Below are positions 13,001 through 25,661 of a stretch of DNA of 64,000 bases, one piece after another. The stretch comes from Puccinia triticina. Taxonomy: Eukaryota. The translations under genes and the position numbers were made by a program. The notes below the pieces were generated by a model that was not told the origin of the DNA, searched no databases, and worked only from the letters and a program-made list of their open reading frames with translations. The stretch covers positions 868,001-932,000 of the forward strand of contig CP110440.1 in assembly GCA_026914245.1 (NCBI GenBank), written 5' to 3'. Position 1 is the stretch's first letter; the number at the start of each line of letters is the position of its first letter.

Positions 13001-15435
13001 ATTGACCGAGGCCTTCACACCACTTTTCAATCCTACGTTGCAACAAAGACGGCTCACAAACAATACAAACTTCTGAAGAATCGGTGTTGGTTAGTGGCGA
13101 CGCTCGAATCCCTTTTTGCCGTGTACAGCCCCCTTTGGCTCCGACAGCCGGGCGGGAAACAAGTTGATCTTTTCTTCAATCTTGTCTCTCATTTCGCCTC
13201 CCGGACGACGTTTGATCTCACCCCAAAGAGTTCAATTCGACAAACACTAACCAACGGGTCAAAGGCTCTATTCAACATAGTCAACCAACTCAACCCGGTG
13301 TGCTTTCCCCCCGGCAAATTTGCCTCTGCGGACCTCTTCATGGAGATGTGCATCAATACCAGCAGGAACTCCTCGAAGGTCCTTCCTTCTTTGTTTGAAG
13401 TCCACGAATCTCGCGAATTTACATGTCCTACGCACCCAGAAGTAGATCAAACTCAGCATCCCCAGGCAGATAGGACAATCAATGCATTAAAGATCACCCC
13501 TCAGATGTTTGAGCATAATCATCTCCTACCGTCAAACTTAACAGAACTGTTCACTCGGTGGTCCACGACTGGCCTGTCTGGCATCACAGGGCTGCAGTGC
13601 CATGTGTGCATCAGCAACGACAATAAGAAGCCGAAAAAGAAAGCTCAAACCGCCCCAACAGCCCCTCGATACATGCATGAGAAGTCTGTATTATCCTGGG
13701 AGAACGGCAAGCCTCCGCTTCATTTGTACATTCAAGCCAATGTTGGTACACTCACCGAAACCAAAGATCAGCTCAATTTTATGGGTAAGATTGATTGGCC
13801 ATTCAATCTTACAGTGGCTGGCGAGGTTTATACGCTCATATCTCGCGGTTTTTGGGGGGGATCTCATTATTGGGGCAAGGTCTTGCGCCATGTCAATGGC
13901 ATAACTGGCGTGTGGTTGCACAATGATCTTGAAAACGATGGACTTGCTCGATTGGTGAACCGTGTACCTGGGAGCATCAGTGGCGTTCAACCTAACACAA
14001 GCTGGGTGATTTATTCCCGGCGATGGACGGCCGAGGAGAATATTTTTGTTGATCAAAGCATCGTCAACATTGCTCGAGACAATCCCCGGGCGGGGCCAGA
14101 CCTTCCATTCTCACAGATGCGGGCGGTGCTGTATTCAACCTACTACACAGACCGACCAACCGGTGCTCTCATTCATCCGGTGGAGGCGGTCTCTTTTCCC
14201 GGAAGCTCGAATCTTGACATAGATAAACGTGAGTGGCTTTTGGGTTTTCAAGGATAGCTTTTGTTTGCGAATCTCTAATGCAATTTTATATTTCTCCCTC
14301 CAATGCAATTGGAACCCAGAACTCACTTTGCAACTTGATCAAGGAGCGGTGTCCCCACCCAAGGACCAACCCACCTTGAAGATAAGGATCAAGCGACCAA
14401 AAAAAGCTCAATTAGATGACGTCGCCCCCGCCGGGGCCCCCCTGCCGCTTTTAACATTAACAGCGCCAGCCAAACTTGTGCCGAGGAAGAGGGGTCGCCC
14501 AAGGAAGGAACAGACGTCAGCTGATGTCCCACCCAAAGCGACCCCAGGATCAGCGCCACCTCCGTTGGCCTCGGACTTGGATCCTCCACCAACAAGTGCG
14601 CCAGCGAGATTGGGCCTTGGTGCCGGTGCAAAGCGGTTCCGTCCAATAAAGAAGGTTCTGGGGACCTCGGCGCAAGGTGGATTGACGGTGGAGGCGCCAG
14701 CGCCAGCGCAAGCGCAAGGTGGATTGAAGAAACTCAAGGAGAAGAAAGTTTCCTCAAAGGTCCTCAAGAAGAAGCGTAACGCAATGTCCACATCGGATTT
14801 CCAGCCCCGTCCTTTGGACGACGCCAACTGGGATCGTATTTCGGCACATTATTGGAAGGGGGTAGTTGAGAGAGAGAAGGCGGAAGGAGGCAACGCTTCT
14901 GTGGCGCCAGTCGTCGAGCCAATGGAGGCGGCAGGCCGAACTCAAAGTTCCGGTAGGAAGTTGTAGCCTGGCTTGTGTTTTTCTTGCTTACTTTCCTTGA
15001 TAGCAATTTCTTTGGTTTCTTTATTTTTTTGTTGCATCGTGGCCATGTTTTGTCACTCGTTTTTTTTCTTTTGCTTTTGCGTCACATGTAAATTTGCAGA
15101 TGGGGTATGCCAAATGCCGTTTTTGCATGGTTGATATTTTACACGGTAGTAAGACTCAATGTAAATCTGGGCCTGTTTGTACGCGGCTGGAATTTTACAC
15201 ATGATCTTGTTTACATGATACACAGTGCGTCAAAGATGAAATGTAAATCTCCGCTACAATAAGTCCCAGGGTACATTTACATCGTAGCGGTTACATTGAC
15301 ATTCTTTACATGCGGTGCGGTTTTGGTTATCAGGTGTAAAATTCAAGTGATGTCGTCCCAAGTACAATTTTACATTCTCTCAAATTTACAAAGTAGAGTC
15401 AATGTAAAACATGCAATGTAAAAATCAACATCCCC
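10100..15435 (+). mobile_element. Mutator-like element (MULE), fungal GCM-domain type
   Basis: Imperfect TIRs GGGG...TGATTTTTACATTGCATG; 9-bp TSD GTTGCATAT/GTTGCATAC (10091-10099 and 15436-15444); TGTAAA/TTTACA subterminal motifs. Confidence 0.9.
10702..14966 (+). pseudogene. MULE transposase with GCM-like domain, DDE core, USP-like peptidase and AT-hook; multi-exon with apparent frameshifts
   Basis: RCLGVLPC...C...HSGYHD (GCM/WRKY-like); LLSDVTY, VVDFS, GCNHHF, TTNAQESMH (MULE DDE); NRCW...SHYW...WLHND; RKRGRPRK. Reading frame appears to shift near 11385 and 12925. Confidence 0.8.
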
Positions 15436-18239
15436 GTTGCATACTCGTCAGATCTCACAACTTCAATGCAATCGAATCATGGGTTATATCAAATCAGGTA
15501 AAGAAGAAGGTGCAACCTGTTTGCTCGGTGGTGATCGGCATGGTCAAGAAGGCTATTTCATACAACCCACGTCAGCTCGCCCATGACTTTGTGCCACTTA
15601 TAGATTGAGCTTCTGAGACAGGTCTGACTCTTGCAGCCATGACCGAACTTGGCCCTCTAAAACATCATTTGACATGACCGGCTTGAACAGGATTTTCACT
15701 GATGTGAAGCCGGAGATGAAGATCCACAAGGAGGAAATTTTTGGACCGGTGGTAATTGTGATGAAGTTCAAGGACAAGGAAGATGTAGTCAGACAGGCGA
15801 ACAACACCGTCTATGGGCTTTGTACAGCCATCCATTCCACCGATATCACCAAAGCTCTTCGAGTAGGAAAACGGATCAAGGCCGGCACGGTCTGGATCAA
15901 CTGCTACAATCGAATGACCAGTCAAGTCCCTTTTGGCGGCTACAAGGAAAGTGGGATCGGGCGCGAAGTAAGTCTCTCAATGCTTTTTGTCATCGAGCAA
16001 CCATCAAATATCTGATGAGACTCCTCTTTCTCTGTCTTCGTCTCGGCTTTTGCAGTGTGGTAGCTACGGGTTGTCAAACTATAAGGCTGTCAAAGTAAGG
16101 ACAGATTCTATCAATTCCAAATCTAGTGTTAAGCTAATTTGCTCTTTGGATGTCTGACACGTTTCGCGCAGTCTGTCTTCATCAACATGAGTGAAAAGAT
16201 GTAAATGAGTAAAATAACTTGTGCCAGTGGGCAGTTGGGGTTACATAAATATTTAAAAGTTCATAATTGCGAGATCCGCCCAGCTTGAAGATTTCCCTGC
16301 TTGTTGTTTCCATTATTGTATTTCTTGGGATTTTACCTTGCAGCAGCCTTAAGATAACAAAAAAAAACCTTGACATGACAGAATTGACCTGAAAATGTAT
16401 TTACATGGCACATCTAAAGACTAAGGCCGTGTTTGGCAGCGTGATTATTGTGCAATAAATAATCACGGCATGCCCCTTTACATCATGTAAAACATTATTT
16501 TTTGGCCTGATCATTTGGAAGTAAACTGCCAAGTGTTATGACAGCATACTTACCATACCAGATAACACATTTCTGTTATCTGTCAAAAATAGCCTACTTG
16601 ATTTCAGATAGTATAATGGAGGGGGCCCCCTCAATGCCAAGCTAAATAACACTGATAACATGTTACCTGTTTTATCCAAGGTAAAACCTCTATCAGAAAA
16701 GAAATGGCTTCATCAGGAATTGAACATGGGTTGGGTGTCTGATTTTCCACATGGCATGCAAGCAGGTTATGTGAAATCCAATTGTGCAGTCACTGCAGAA
16801 ATAATGTTTTTATTTATAGTATATCAAGCGCATCTGGGCACATGCCCCAGTCCCACTTGGCCAAGCGCCACCGGGGGTTTGGTGTGTGCCCAGGAAGCCC
16901 AACAGGGGAGTTTGGGCGGCCAACTGAGCTAGGCACATTCCCAAGTTCTGCTTGGCCAATGGGACTATCACTGATCATCACAGTGGTGGGTAGTTACTAC
17001 TTTACAATATCTGATGGATTTTAGTAAAGTAACTTCCTGCCGTTAATTTTGCTGCCAGTATTGTTATCAGTGACACTCAAAAAGCAGCATCACACTTATA
17101 GTAACACACCATTTTTTCCAGGCCATTACTGGTAAAGTAACGTTTTACCCACTGGAAAACAGGTTATTGAGGAATAAAAGGCCAAAATAGCTCTAAAATG
17201 ACCTTTTATTGCTTGTTGTCTTACTCAATATCTGCTGCTCCGCGCACAGGTATCCTAACTGCCTTAAAAATGGCTCTCTCCCAGTGTGATATCAATATTG
17301 CAGCACCGTCCAAAATTTGTTACATTATTGTTATGTTACACCAACTGTGCAAGAGCTACACTACACAAGGCAGTAGCTTAGCAAAATTGTAGTGCTTTTG
17401 AGCCCCAATTTGCTGTGCTTTTGGTAGCGGGCTGGGTGCTTTGCTTTCTGCTGATCACTTCAAAGATTTCTTTTTGTTTTTTAGCAAGCTACTTTTAGCG
17501 GCATTCTGCTTTGCTTGTTGCTGAAGTAGAGGCAAGTTGCTACACTGTTTGCTAAAGTAGCAGCAAAAAATGCTACTTTAGCGGTTCCTTTGGTGCTTCT
17601 TTAGCGGTTTTTCTCATGCTATTCTAGCGGTGTTTCTGGCTCTATGTAGCGCATTTTGGGTGTTATACAGCTAAGTATTATGCGGCACTATGAAGCAATC
17701 CAGTTTGGCCAGATATCCTTGCCTCCTCACAATAATGATCTGGTGAATTTTGCTTTTTTTTGCTTTTCAAAATTCACATGTGCACATGCAAGTGAACTTT
17801 TTTGCACTTTTCTAATAGTCACCCTGATGTACGCGCATACATTGATGTGGGAATATCACAGGATGGGTCTTTCACAGCCACATGAAAAGTAAAAACTTTG
17901 TGTTGAGACACCAATTGTCCCCCTGATGTACGCGAGTAAATGAGGGGGACAATATCACAGGCTGGGCCTTTCACATCTCCATGAAAAGGACACACTGGTC
18001 ATGGAGCCAAGAAAGGCCTATATTCTGGATGAGTTCTGGATGAATTCTAGATGAGTTCTGGATGATTTCTTGGCAAGTTATGGTTTATTTCAGGATGATT
18101 TACAACTGATTTCCACATCTGACTTCCAGTCTTTTTCATACCTATCCAATTTTTGTTTACCAGAGGTCTCCAGCACAGTTATGGAAAAAAGTTACGGTAG
18201 GGCACTCCCTGGGGAGTGGGAAAATATCTCCCCTGGTGT

Positions 18240-18341
18240 TGGGTTTATATTTCATTTGTTGATATCAACCCATTTTAAATTGGTTGAGTGCATCCCAGTT
18301 AAACTAAGATGAATTAAACCCAGCCAAATATGCTGGCAGTG
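18240..18341. mobile_element. Half copy of the hairpin MITE at 53224-53439
   Basis: TTTATATTTCAT...TGGTTGAGTGCATCCCAG...ATATGCTGGCAGTG matches the right arm of that element. Confidence 0.7.
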
Positions 18342-18710
18342 AAGCCTAAGAAACTGTCTAGTACCAAATTAGGGGATGTATTTCAGGTATCTAGCCAAAA
18401 GTCTGGTAAGTATAACTAGAACAACTAAGAGAATGAGAAGAAATGGAAAATAGCTTACCTAGCCGGGAGAGAGTGAAGTTCTCTGCAGGACTAGAGAAGT
18501 AGCAGGAGGAGACTAAGTACTCTTGTAGCTTATGTCACAATTTGACAGCTATTGTGAAAGGTTCTTGTAAGACTCCAGAGCTTACACTCAGGCTCAGCAC
18601 ATCTGGAATCTGCTGGATGCTCCCCAGGCATCCTCTGGATGCTTCTCAATCAGAAAATTCTGCAGGATGCAGGGCATTTCCAGGAATGCACCCCATGGTG
18701 AAGGTGACCA

Positions 18711-19925
18711 CACTTCAAGGATAATTAAATTTCCCAAAAAAAATACTTAAAGTTTGAGGTTGGGAAAATCATTGAAAAAAAATCACTCTGTACTGAAAAA
18801 AAAATGCAAACTGAGCGGCTCAGCCAAAAAAATAAAAATGTGTCAGACTGAGTAAAAAACAATGGGGCACATTTTTGGGGTGATTTGTTGGACGGGCCTG
18901 CACAAGGCCCGCATGGGCCCCTAACAGGCCCGTTGGGCCCATTGAAAAAGTAGTATTTGTTTGGAATTCCGATGCTCTGCTAAAGTGTGAAATGGGTCAA
19001 ACTGAATAAAAAACATGGGGGTACATTTTTGGGGGGATTTTTTGGACTGGCCTGAATGAGGCCCACATGGCCCCCACAAAGCCCACTGGGCCCATTGAAA
19101 GAGTAGCTTTTGTCAAGAATGCCTATGCTTAGCTAAGAAACAAAAATGTGTCAACCTGAGCAAAAAACATGGGCCACACTTTTGAGGAGGGCTTATTGAC
19201 AGACCTGCATCAGGCCCGTCAGGGCCCACCCAAAGCTGGTTTGGCCAACCCAGATGTAGTCTTGGTTAAGAATGCCCATATGATGTTTTGAACAGCACCA
19301 ATTGACCACTAATCAACAGAAGATATTGAAGGGCTACCGACATCTGTATGACATTTGTGCACTCACAGAATGTATGTCCAGGTCCTTTCCTTTTACTTGG
19401 AACCCTGTTGGCCCGTACAGGCCTGATTCAGGCCCCTCCAAAAAGCCTCCCCAACAATGTGCCCCTAGGGTTTTTACTCAGTCTGACACATTTTATTTCT
19501 TAGCTGAGCATATGCTTTCTGAACCAAGGCTACTCTTTCAATGGGCCCAGTGGGCTTTGTGGGGGCCATGTGGGCCTCATTCAGGCCCGTCCAAAAAATC
19601 TCCCCAAAAATGTACCCCCATGTTTTTTATTCAGTTTGACCCATTTCACACTTTAGCAGAGCATCGGAATTCCAAACAAATACTACTTTTTCAATGGGCC
19701 CAACGGGCCTTTTAGGGGCCCATGTGGGCCTTGTGCAGGCCTGTCCAACAAATCACCCCAAAAATGTGCCCCATTGTTTTTTACTCAGTCTGACACATTT
19801 TTATTTTTTTGGCTGAGCCGCTCAGTTTGCATTTTTTTTTCAGTACAGAGTGATTTTTTTTCAATGATTTTCCCAACCTCAAACTTTGAGTATTTTTTTT
19901 GGGAAATTTAATTATCCTTGAAGTG
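18711..19925. mobile_element. Non-autonomous foldback element with CAC termini (CACTA-like)
   Basis: CACTTCAAGG...CCTTGAAGTG; inverted arms of about 500 bp built from three related sub-repeats; 3-bp TSD CCA (18708-18710 and 19926-19928). Confidence 0.85.
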
Positions 19926-21085
19926 CCAAGAAGGTGTAAGCAGCATAAGTCTGTTTTTTTACATTTTTCACTTTTCCCTCTGTAGAGGCTACACAAACAC
20001 ACTTGAGGCCAAGTAAGGTAGTTGATGAGATGACCAAGAAGGATAGCTCCCTCCCCATTTTTTTTCTTGTATTTTTGGCATCTAAACCTGACTATGAGAG
20101 AACTGTGGAAGAGCCGCTAAGCTTTGACATGTGTCCAGAAACCAAGTACATACATGTCTGAGCTGTACCTCCAAAAGCCCATGAATTCATTTTTTACTCT
20201 TTTGGGACTCAAGTGAGATTCTGAAGCAATATGACCTCAAGGACTTAGGTGGGGCGGGGTTGGCGGACAATTGTCTCTACTTGGATTTTTGATAACATGT
20301 AAACACCTGAGTTGAGATATGAAGAGATCAAGAGACTGAAAATTTTCCCCAGCCAAATATGATTTCTGCTGCCTAGGTTGGTTGTATTGTGTTTTGCTTA
20401 ATGGTTGGACTTTGAGAGTGAAGTTGAGTCCTTCAGTTATGGGATTGTCTGGCACAGCCCCAGTTTAATCTCCACCATTGTGCCATACGGAGCCCACCTG
20501 TACCGAAGTGAAGATGATCATGATCTTTATTTCACGATGCGAGGCAAAAACAAAACAAAATGGAAACGGAATGACATGATTTGTGCACAGCAACAGGGCC
20601 ATCCGTCTAAGGATCACGCGCCTCCGGTTGAGAGACTTGAGTCAAGTTCGGAGAGTCCGGCTGATCGAGGCAACAATCAAATGATCATGATGGCCAGTCG
20701 ATAATAGAGCGCTGTCCTCTGGACTTCCCCACCTGTGCTTCAATATCGGCACTCGCAGGATTGTCGGTTGCAAGTTGCGCCTTGCTGTGTTTATTATGGT
20801 CAAACGTGTTATCATACACGCCTTAAGTCCATACTTCGCTTGATCTATGTGTTTAGGAGAAGTGGAGGGCATATGAGAAAGCTTGGAGATTGTTTTGATA
20901 TTCTGAAACGAGTGGACTGTGGAGTCATCGCAGTGATCGTCAGTGGGCTTGTAGGCTTGGGTTAAGTGTAGCACAGAAGGTTGATAAAAGGCTCTCTGTC
21001 CCCTGCTCCACAGGCTTCCCGAGTGGTGATTACCCAATCGAAACGCTCTATCCATACCAATTTCTCTGAATTCTATCAACCAGCC

Positions 21086-23803
21086 ATGCCTTCACCGCAG
21101 ATCACCTTGACCTTCCCGGCTCACCTCAAGCTTGAACCAGTCACCTTGGAGGTGCGCAGAATCTTTTAGAGATCTCGCACAGTTTCTTTATCGGTATGGT
21201 GATTGGGAGCACATACTGATGGTCTCCGAAATTCATTGGCGTAGACTGGTTTATTCATCAACAACCAATTCGTCGAATCAGCGGACAAAAATACCTTGTA
21301 AGTAATCCTGCCCGTCCGGTCTCTCTTGGGCATAGAGGCTCGCTCGTGAGAACGGATTATGTCGATGTCCCAATCTTGATTTTATGTTGGTTGAATGGGT
21401 GCCATTTTCTAAAAATTATATAGTGAAACGCTCAATCCGACCAATGGAAAATGCATCGGCTCGGTTTCAGAAGCAAAAGCTAAAGATGTCGATATCGCCG
21501 TCAAAGTTGCCTCAGAAGCTTTCGATAAAGTCTGGGGGCTGAAGACCCCAGGCGCCCAGAGAGGCAAACTGCTGATGCATTTGGCGGACAAGATCGAATC
21601 TCATATGGATACCTTTGCAGTACGCACATTCTATTTCTTCTATATAATTATTTCTCTCTGCTGGAATATTGCCTCTAACCTTACCTTGAATTTTCGACTT
21701 AATGACTGAATTAGGCTATTGAAGCTATGGATAATGGCAAGACTTTCGCAATGGCTAAAGGTTTTGATGTTGCCGAAGCAGCAGCTTGCTTGAGATATGT
21801 GAGTCGCAATCTCAAAATTTCGACCCTTTTTCAAAAAAAAGAAAAAAACCCCGATGCGCTAACACATCTGCGTTCTGGCTTCTCTGGGCTTAAGTATGGT
21901 GGTTGGGCAGACAAGAATACCGGCCAGACAATTGAAGTTAACGAGTCCAAGATGGCCTTCACCATTCATGAACCAATTGGCGTGGTCGGCCAAATCATTC
22001 CTTGGTAAGTAAACTCCACTGAAGCCTCTGAAGATCTCCTGGTCGTAAACCGTGGTGGCTCCTGTGGTGGTCTTTGTTTGATCAATGCTCGTCATTTAGG
22101 AATTTCCCGTACGTAACGTTTACCATCTCTTTGCCGCAAGGTGACCGTTTTCAGGACTTCCAAGACTGATCTAATTCCCTGATGAACTCTTTGAAAAAGG
22201 CTATACATGATGTCGTGGAAATTGGGGCCAGCATTAGCGACCGGAAACACGGTGGTACTAAAGCCGGCTGAACAAACACCATTGACAGCACTGTACCTAT
22301 GCCAATTTATCCGAGAGATTTTCCCGCCCGGCGTGGTCAACGTTCTGCCCGGCTTTGGGCCGGGAGCTGGCCAGCCTATCGTAGAACATCCCTTGGTCGA
22401 GAAGATCGCTTTTACCGGCTCGACCGCCATCGGCAAGCAAATCCTCGCTCAGTCCGGCAAGACCAACCTCAAAAAAGTCACACTCGAACTCGGCGGCAAA
22501 TCTCCTAATATGTGTGTGCTCATTTTTTTCGGGAAGCATTCAGGAAAAAAAGAAGACGCGGGCAAAAGGCCTGTTCTGCATCTGTGTTCATGGTCATCAC
22601 ATCTTGTTTGCCCTCTCTTCCGTATAGTATCTTTGATGATGCGGACTTCGACCAAGCCGTCAAATGGGCTCAGTTTGGCATATTCTTTAATCATGGAGTT
22701 AGTTTTTCTCACATCTTTCTACTTCCTAAAACCCTGCGTCCATGTAGCTGACTTGGGTGATTTGGCAGCAATGTTGTTGTGCCGGGTCGAGAGTGTTTGT
22801 CCAGGAGGGTATCTATGACGTAAATCTATTACAACAAAACAACTCGCAAGTGAAATTCTTTGGCGCTTATTTACTACCAAACTTTCGACCCTTTCCGTGT
22901 TCAGAAATTCGTCGCTGCTTTGAAGGAGAACCTCAAAAGTCTCAAGGTTGGTGATCCGTTCGATCAGGACACATTTCAAGGTCCCCAAGTTGAGTCAGCT
23001 TTCCCTATTCTCGTTGTTGATCTTGAAATCACCTCATCGGGGGAAGTCATAACTGATCGTGACCTCGAATTCATCAAAATTTCCAGATCTCTCAACTTCA
23101 ATACGATCGAATCATGGGTTACATCAAATGTGGTAAAGAAGAGGGTGCGACCTGTTTGCTCGGAGGTGATCGGCATGGTAAAGAAGGCTATTTCATACAA
23201 CCCACGTCAGCTCGCCCACTTTATCAGTTAGATTGACCTCCTGGAGCAGGTCTGACTCTTATCATGTGATGCTCGGCTCGAACAGGATTTTCACTGATGT
23301 GAAGCCAGAGATGAAGATCCACAAGGAAGAGATTTTCGGGCCGGTAGTGGTGGTGATGAAGTTTAAAGACGAGGAAGATGTAGTCAGACAGGCGAACGAC
23401 ACCATCTATGGGCTTGCTTCAGCCATCCATACCACCGATATTACCAAAGCTCTTCGAGTAGGCAAACGAATCAAGGCCGGCACGGTCTGGATCAACTGCT
23501 ACAATCGGATTGTCAGTCAGGTGCCCTTTGGCGGCTACAAGGAGAGCGGAATTGGCCGCGAAGTACGTGTTTGAGGGGTTTTATTGTCACCGCGCTCAAT
23601 CGTCTCTGTCTGACTCACGCCTCCTTTTTCATGTACGCCTTTCAATATAGTGTGGAAGCTACGCGTTGTCAAACTACACATCGGTTAAAGTAGGCAGAAT
23701 TGTTTTTGATAAACTCCGAATCTTGTCATTTCACTGATGCTTTCGCCTGGCTCTTTATACTTCTTTCTAGTCGATTTTCATCAACATGAGTGAAAAGCTT
23801 TAA
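21086..23803 (+). CDS. Aldehyde dehydrogenase copy B (ALDH1/2-like), about 14 exons, apparently intact
   Basis: MPSPQITL...[58 protein letters not shown]; ends INMSEKL*. Confidence 0.92.
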
Positions 23804-24516
23804 TCGTCAACTACACGACACGTTCTATTATGCCTGTATAGTCCCTCTTGTGAGATATATATACTGCTATCATACGTGAAAAGATTGAACGGAGGGCGGT
23901 TACATGGTGTGGCCTGGGTTAAACTAGATTGATCAGCTACTCGCCTCCACACTCCTCTTTCTAGTCGTACATCTTTGTCTTTGCCTATCGTTCTTTTACT
24001 GCTGTGCCAAATTTTTGCCCCTCGTCTGAATGTAACATCTTGACTATCATTCTTGTTGATTGGGGAACTAAAGAATCCGCCGCTGACATCCAAGAAGAGC
24101 CCCCCATGCACGACCTCCACCAGTCTTGGGAGTTGTTGCTCCAAAACCCCTGAGTCATTTAAGCAAGCCTCCTTGGGGGGTGTAGTACAATGTCATGCAA
24201 TTTTGCAACTCAGTGTTCAAGAATTAGCTTGAACACCAACTTGCAAAAGGGCATTCAAAGTGCACCTGGCCAACCATTTCTAGCCAGGGGCAATGGATAC
24301 AGAGGAGTTTGAATTGGGGGAAAATAAGGCAAGAAGCTTCTGATTTCAATGGTGCAAAAGGCACGGCAAGAATCAGAAGTCTACATGGAGGTATTGGGGG
24401 AAATAGGGGAAAGCAACACCTTCCCTGCCATTTGGCTTGATTCTGTAGGGTGAGACCACTGCCAGGATATAAGACTCGGATGCGTGCATCCCCGTTAATC
24501 TGCTAACTTAACTAAG

Positions 24517-25349
24517 TTGTGGGTACCTGGTGTCCGTCAGCAGGTACCTGCTGGACCTCAACAGGTACCTGTCGGCGGATACGGGTGCGGGTGCGGGTGT
24601 CCACCATTTTGTGGGACAGGTACCCGCCATATACCCCCCACATCACCAGAGGCTTCCCGAGAGGGCTTCCTCTCGGCAAGCTGGAATACAAACACCAGCT
24701 CGCCGAGAGGGCTTCCTCTCGGCGGGCTGGTATATATACACCACCTCGCCGAGAGGGCTTCCTCTCGGCGGGCTGGTATATATACACCACCTCGCCGAGA
24801 GGGATCCCTCCCGCCGGGCTGGTACACATACACCAGCTCGCCGAGAGGCCGACAGGGCTTCCTCTCGGCGGGCTGTTGTATTTATTCCGGCTCGCTGAGG
24901 CCCGTGAGGAATCCCTCTCGGCGAGCTGGCGTATTTATTCCAGCTCGGCGAGGCCCGAGAGGAATCCCTCCAGCCCGCCGAGAGGAATTCCTCTTGGCGA
25001 GCTGGTGTATGTGTACCAGCCCGTCGAGAGGAATCCCTCTCGGTGAGCTGGTGTATGCATTGTATACCAGCCCGCCGAGTGGAAGCCCTCTTGGCGAGCT
25101 GGCGTATATGTACCAGCCCGCCGAGAGGAAGCCCTCTCGGCGAGCTGGTGTTTGTATTCCAGCTTGCCGAGAGGAAGCCCTCTCGGGAAGCCTCTGGTGA
25201 TGTGGGGGGTATATGGCGGGTACCTGTCCCACAAAATGGTGGACACCCGCACCCGCACCCGTATCCGCCGACAGGTACCTGTTGAGGTCCAGCAGGTACC
25301 TGCTGACGGACACCAGGTACCCACAAAGGGGTACCTGGTGCCATCTCTA
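24517..25349. mobile_element. Non-autonomous hAT-like foldback element, left tip missing
   Basis: Near-perfect long inverted arms; internal units CCAGCTCGCCGAGAGG...CCTCTCGGCGGGCTGG are themselves palindromic; right terminus reads TAGAGATGGCACC on the minus strand. Confidence 0.75.
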
Positions 25350-25366
25350 GGGAGAGGTGGTGGTTA

Positions 25367-25661
25367 GAGCATTCGCATTCGTCGGGTTAAGTTGACGATT
25401 TTGGGCAACTTAACCCGACCGGCAATCACATTGGTCCGGGCTAACCCTGGGTTAACAAACCTTAGGTTTGATTTCAGGTTCAACGATTGCTAAATTTAGC
25501 GACCCTTAGCCTGAAATCTAGCCTCAGGCTAAGGCCCTCCCCGGCTCAATTTCAGCTCATTTAGCCTGAAACGAATGCGAATGCCCACGCTCGGTCAGCT
25601 AGCCTGCCCACAAACCCGGGCTTAGTTGACCTGAAAATCTAGCCAACAAATGTGAATGGTC
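25367..25661. mobile_element. Harbinger/Tourist-type MITE
   Basis: TIR GAGCATTCGCATTCG with a decayed partner GACCATTCACATTTG; TTA on both flanks; an extra internal TIR-like copy near 25572-25586. Confidence 0.65.

Larger units (their letters stand above)
6929..16204 (+). pseudogene. Aldehyde dehydrogenase copy A (ALDH1/2-like); one intron swollen to about 6.6 kb by two insertions
   Basis: Same exon structure as copy B. Motifs [49 protein letters not shown]. No stop codon noticed in exons, but the intron 8852-15451 is interrupted, so pseudogene status is an inference. Confidence 0.75.

Noticed and set aside
16425..17192. Possible Tourist-like element starting TAA-GGCCGTGTTTGGC
   Set aside because: The partner TIR is too degenerate to support boundaries.
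17200..17680. GCTA/TAGC-rich tract resembling 1-607
   Set aside because: No alignable homology or termini found by eye.
24512..25367. Many overlapping ORFs on both strands
   Set aside because: Artefact of GC-rich palindromic repeats.
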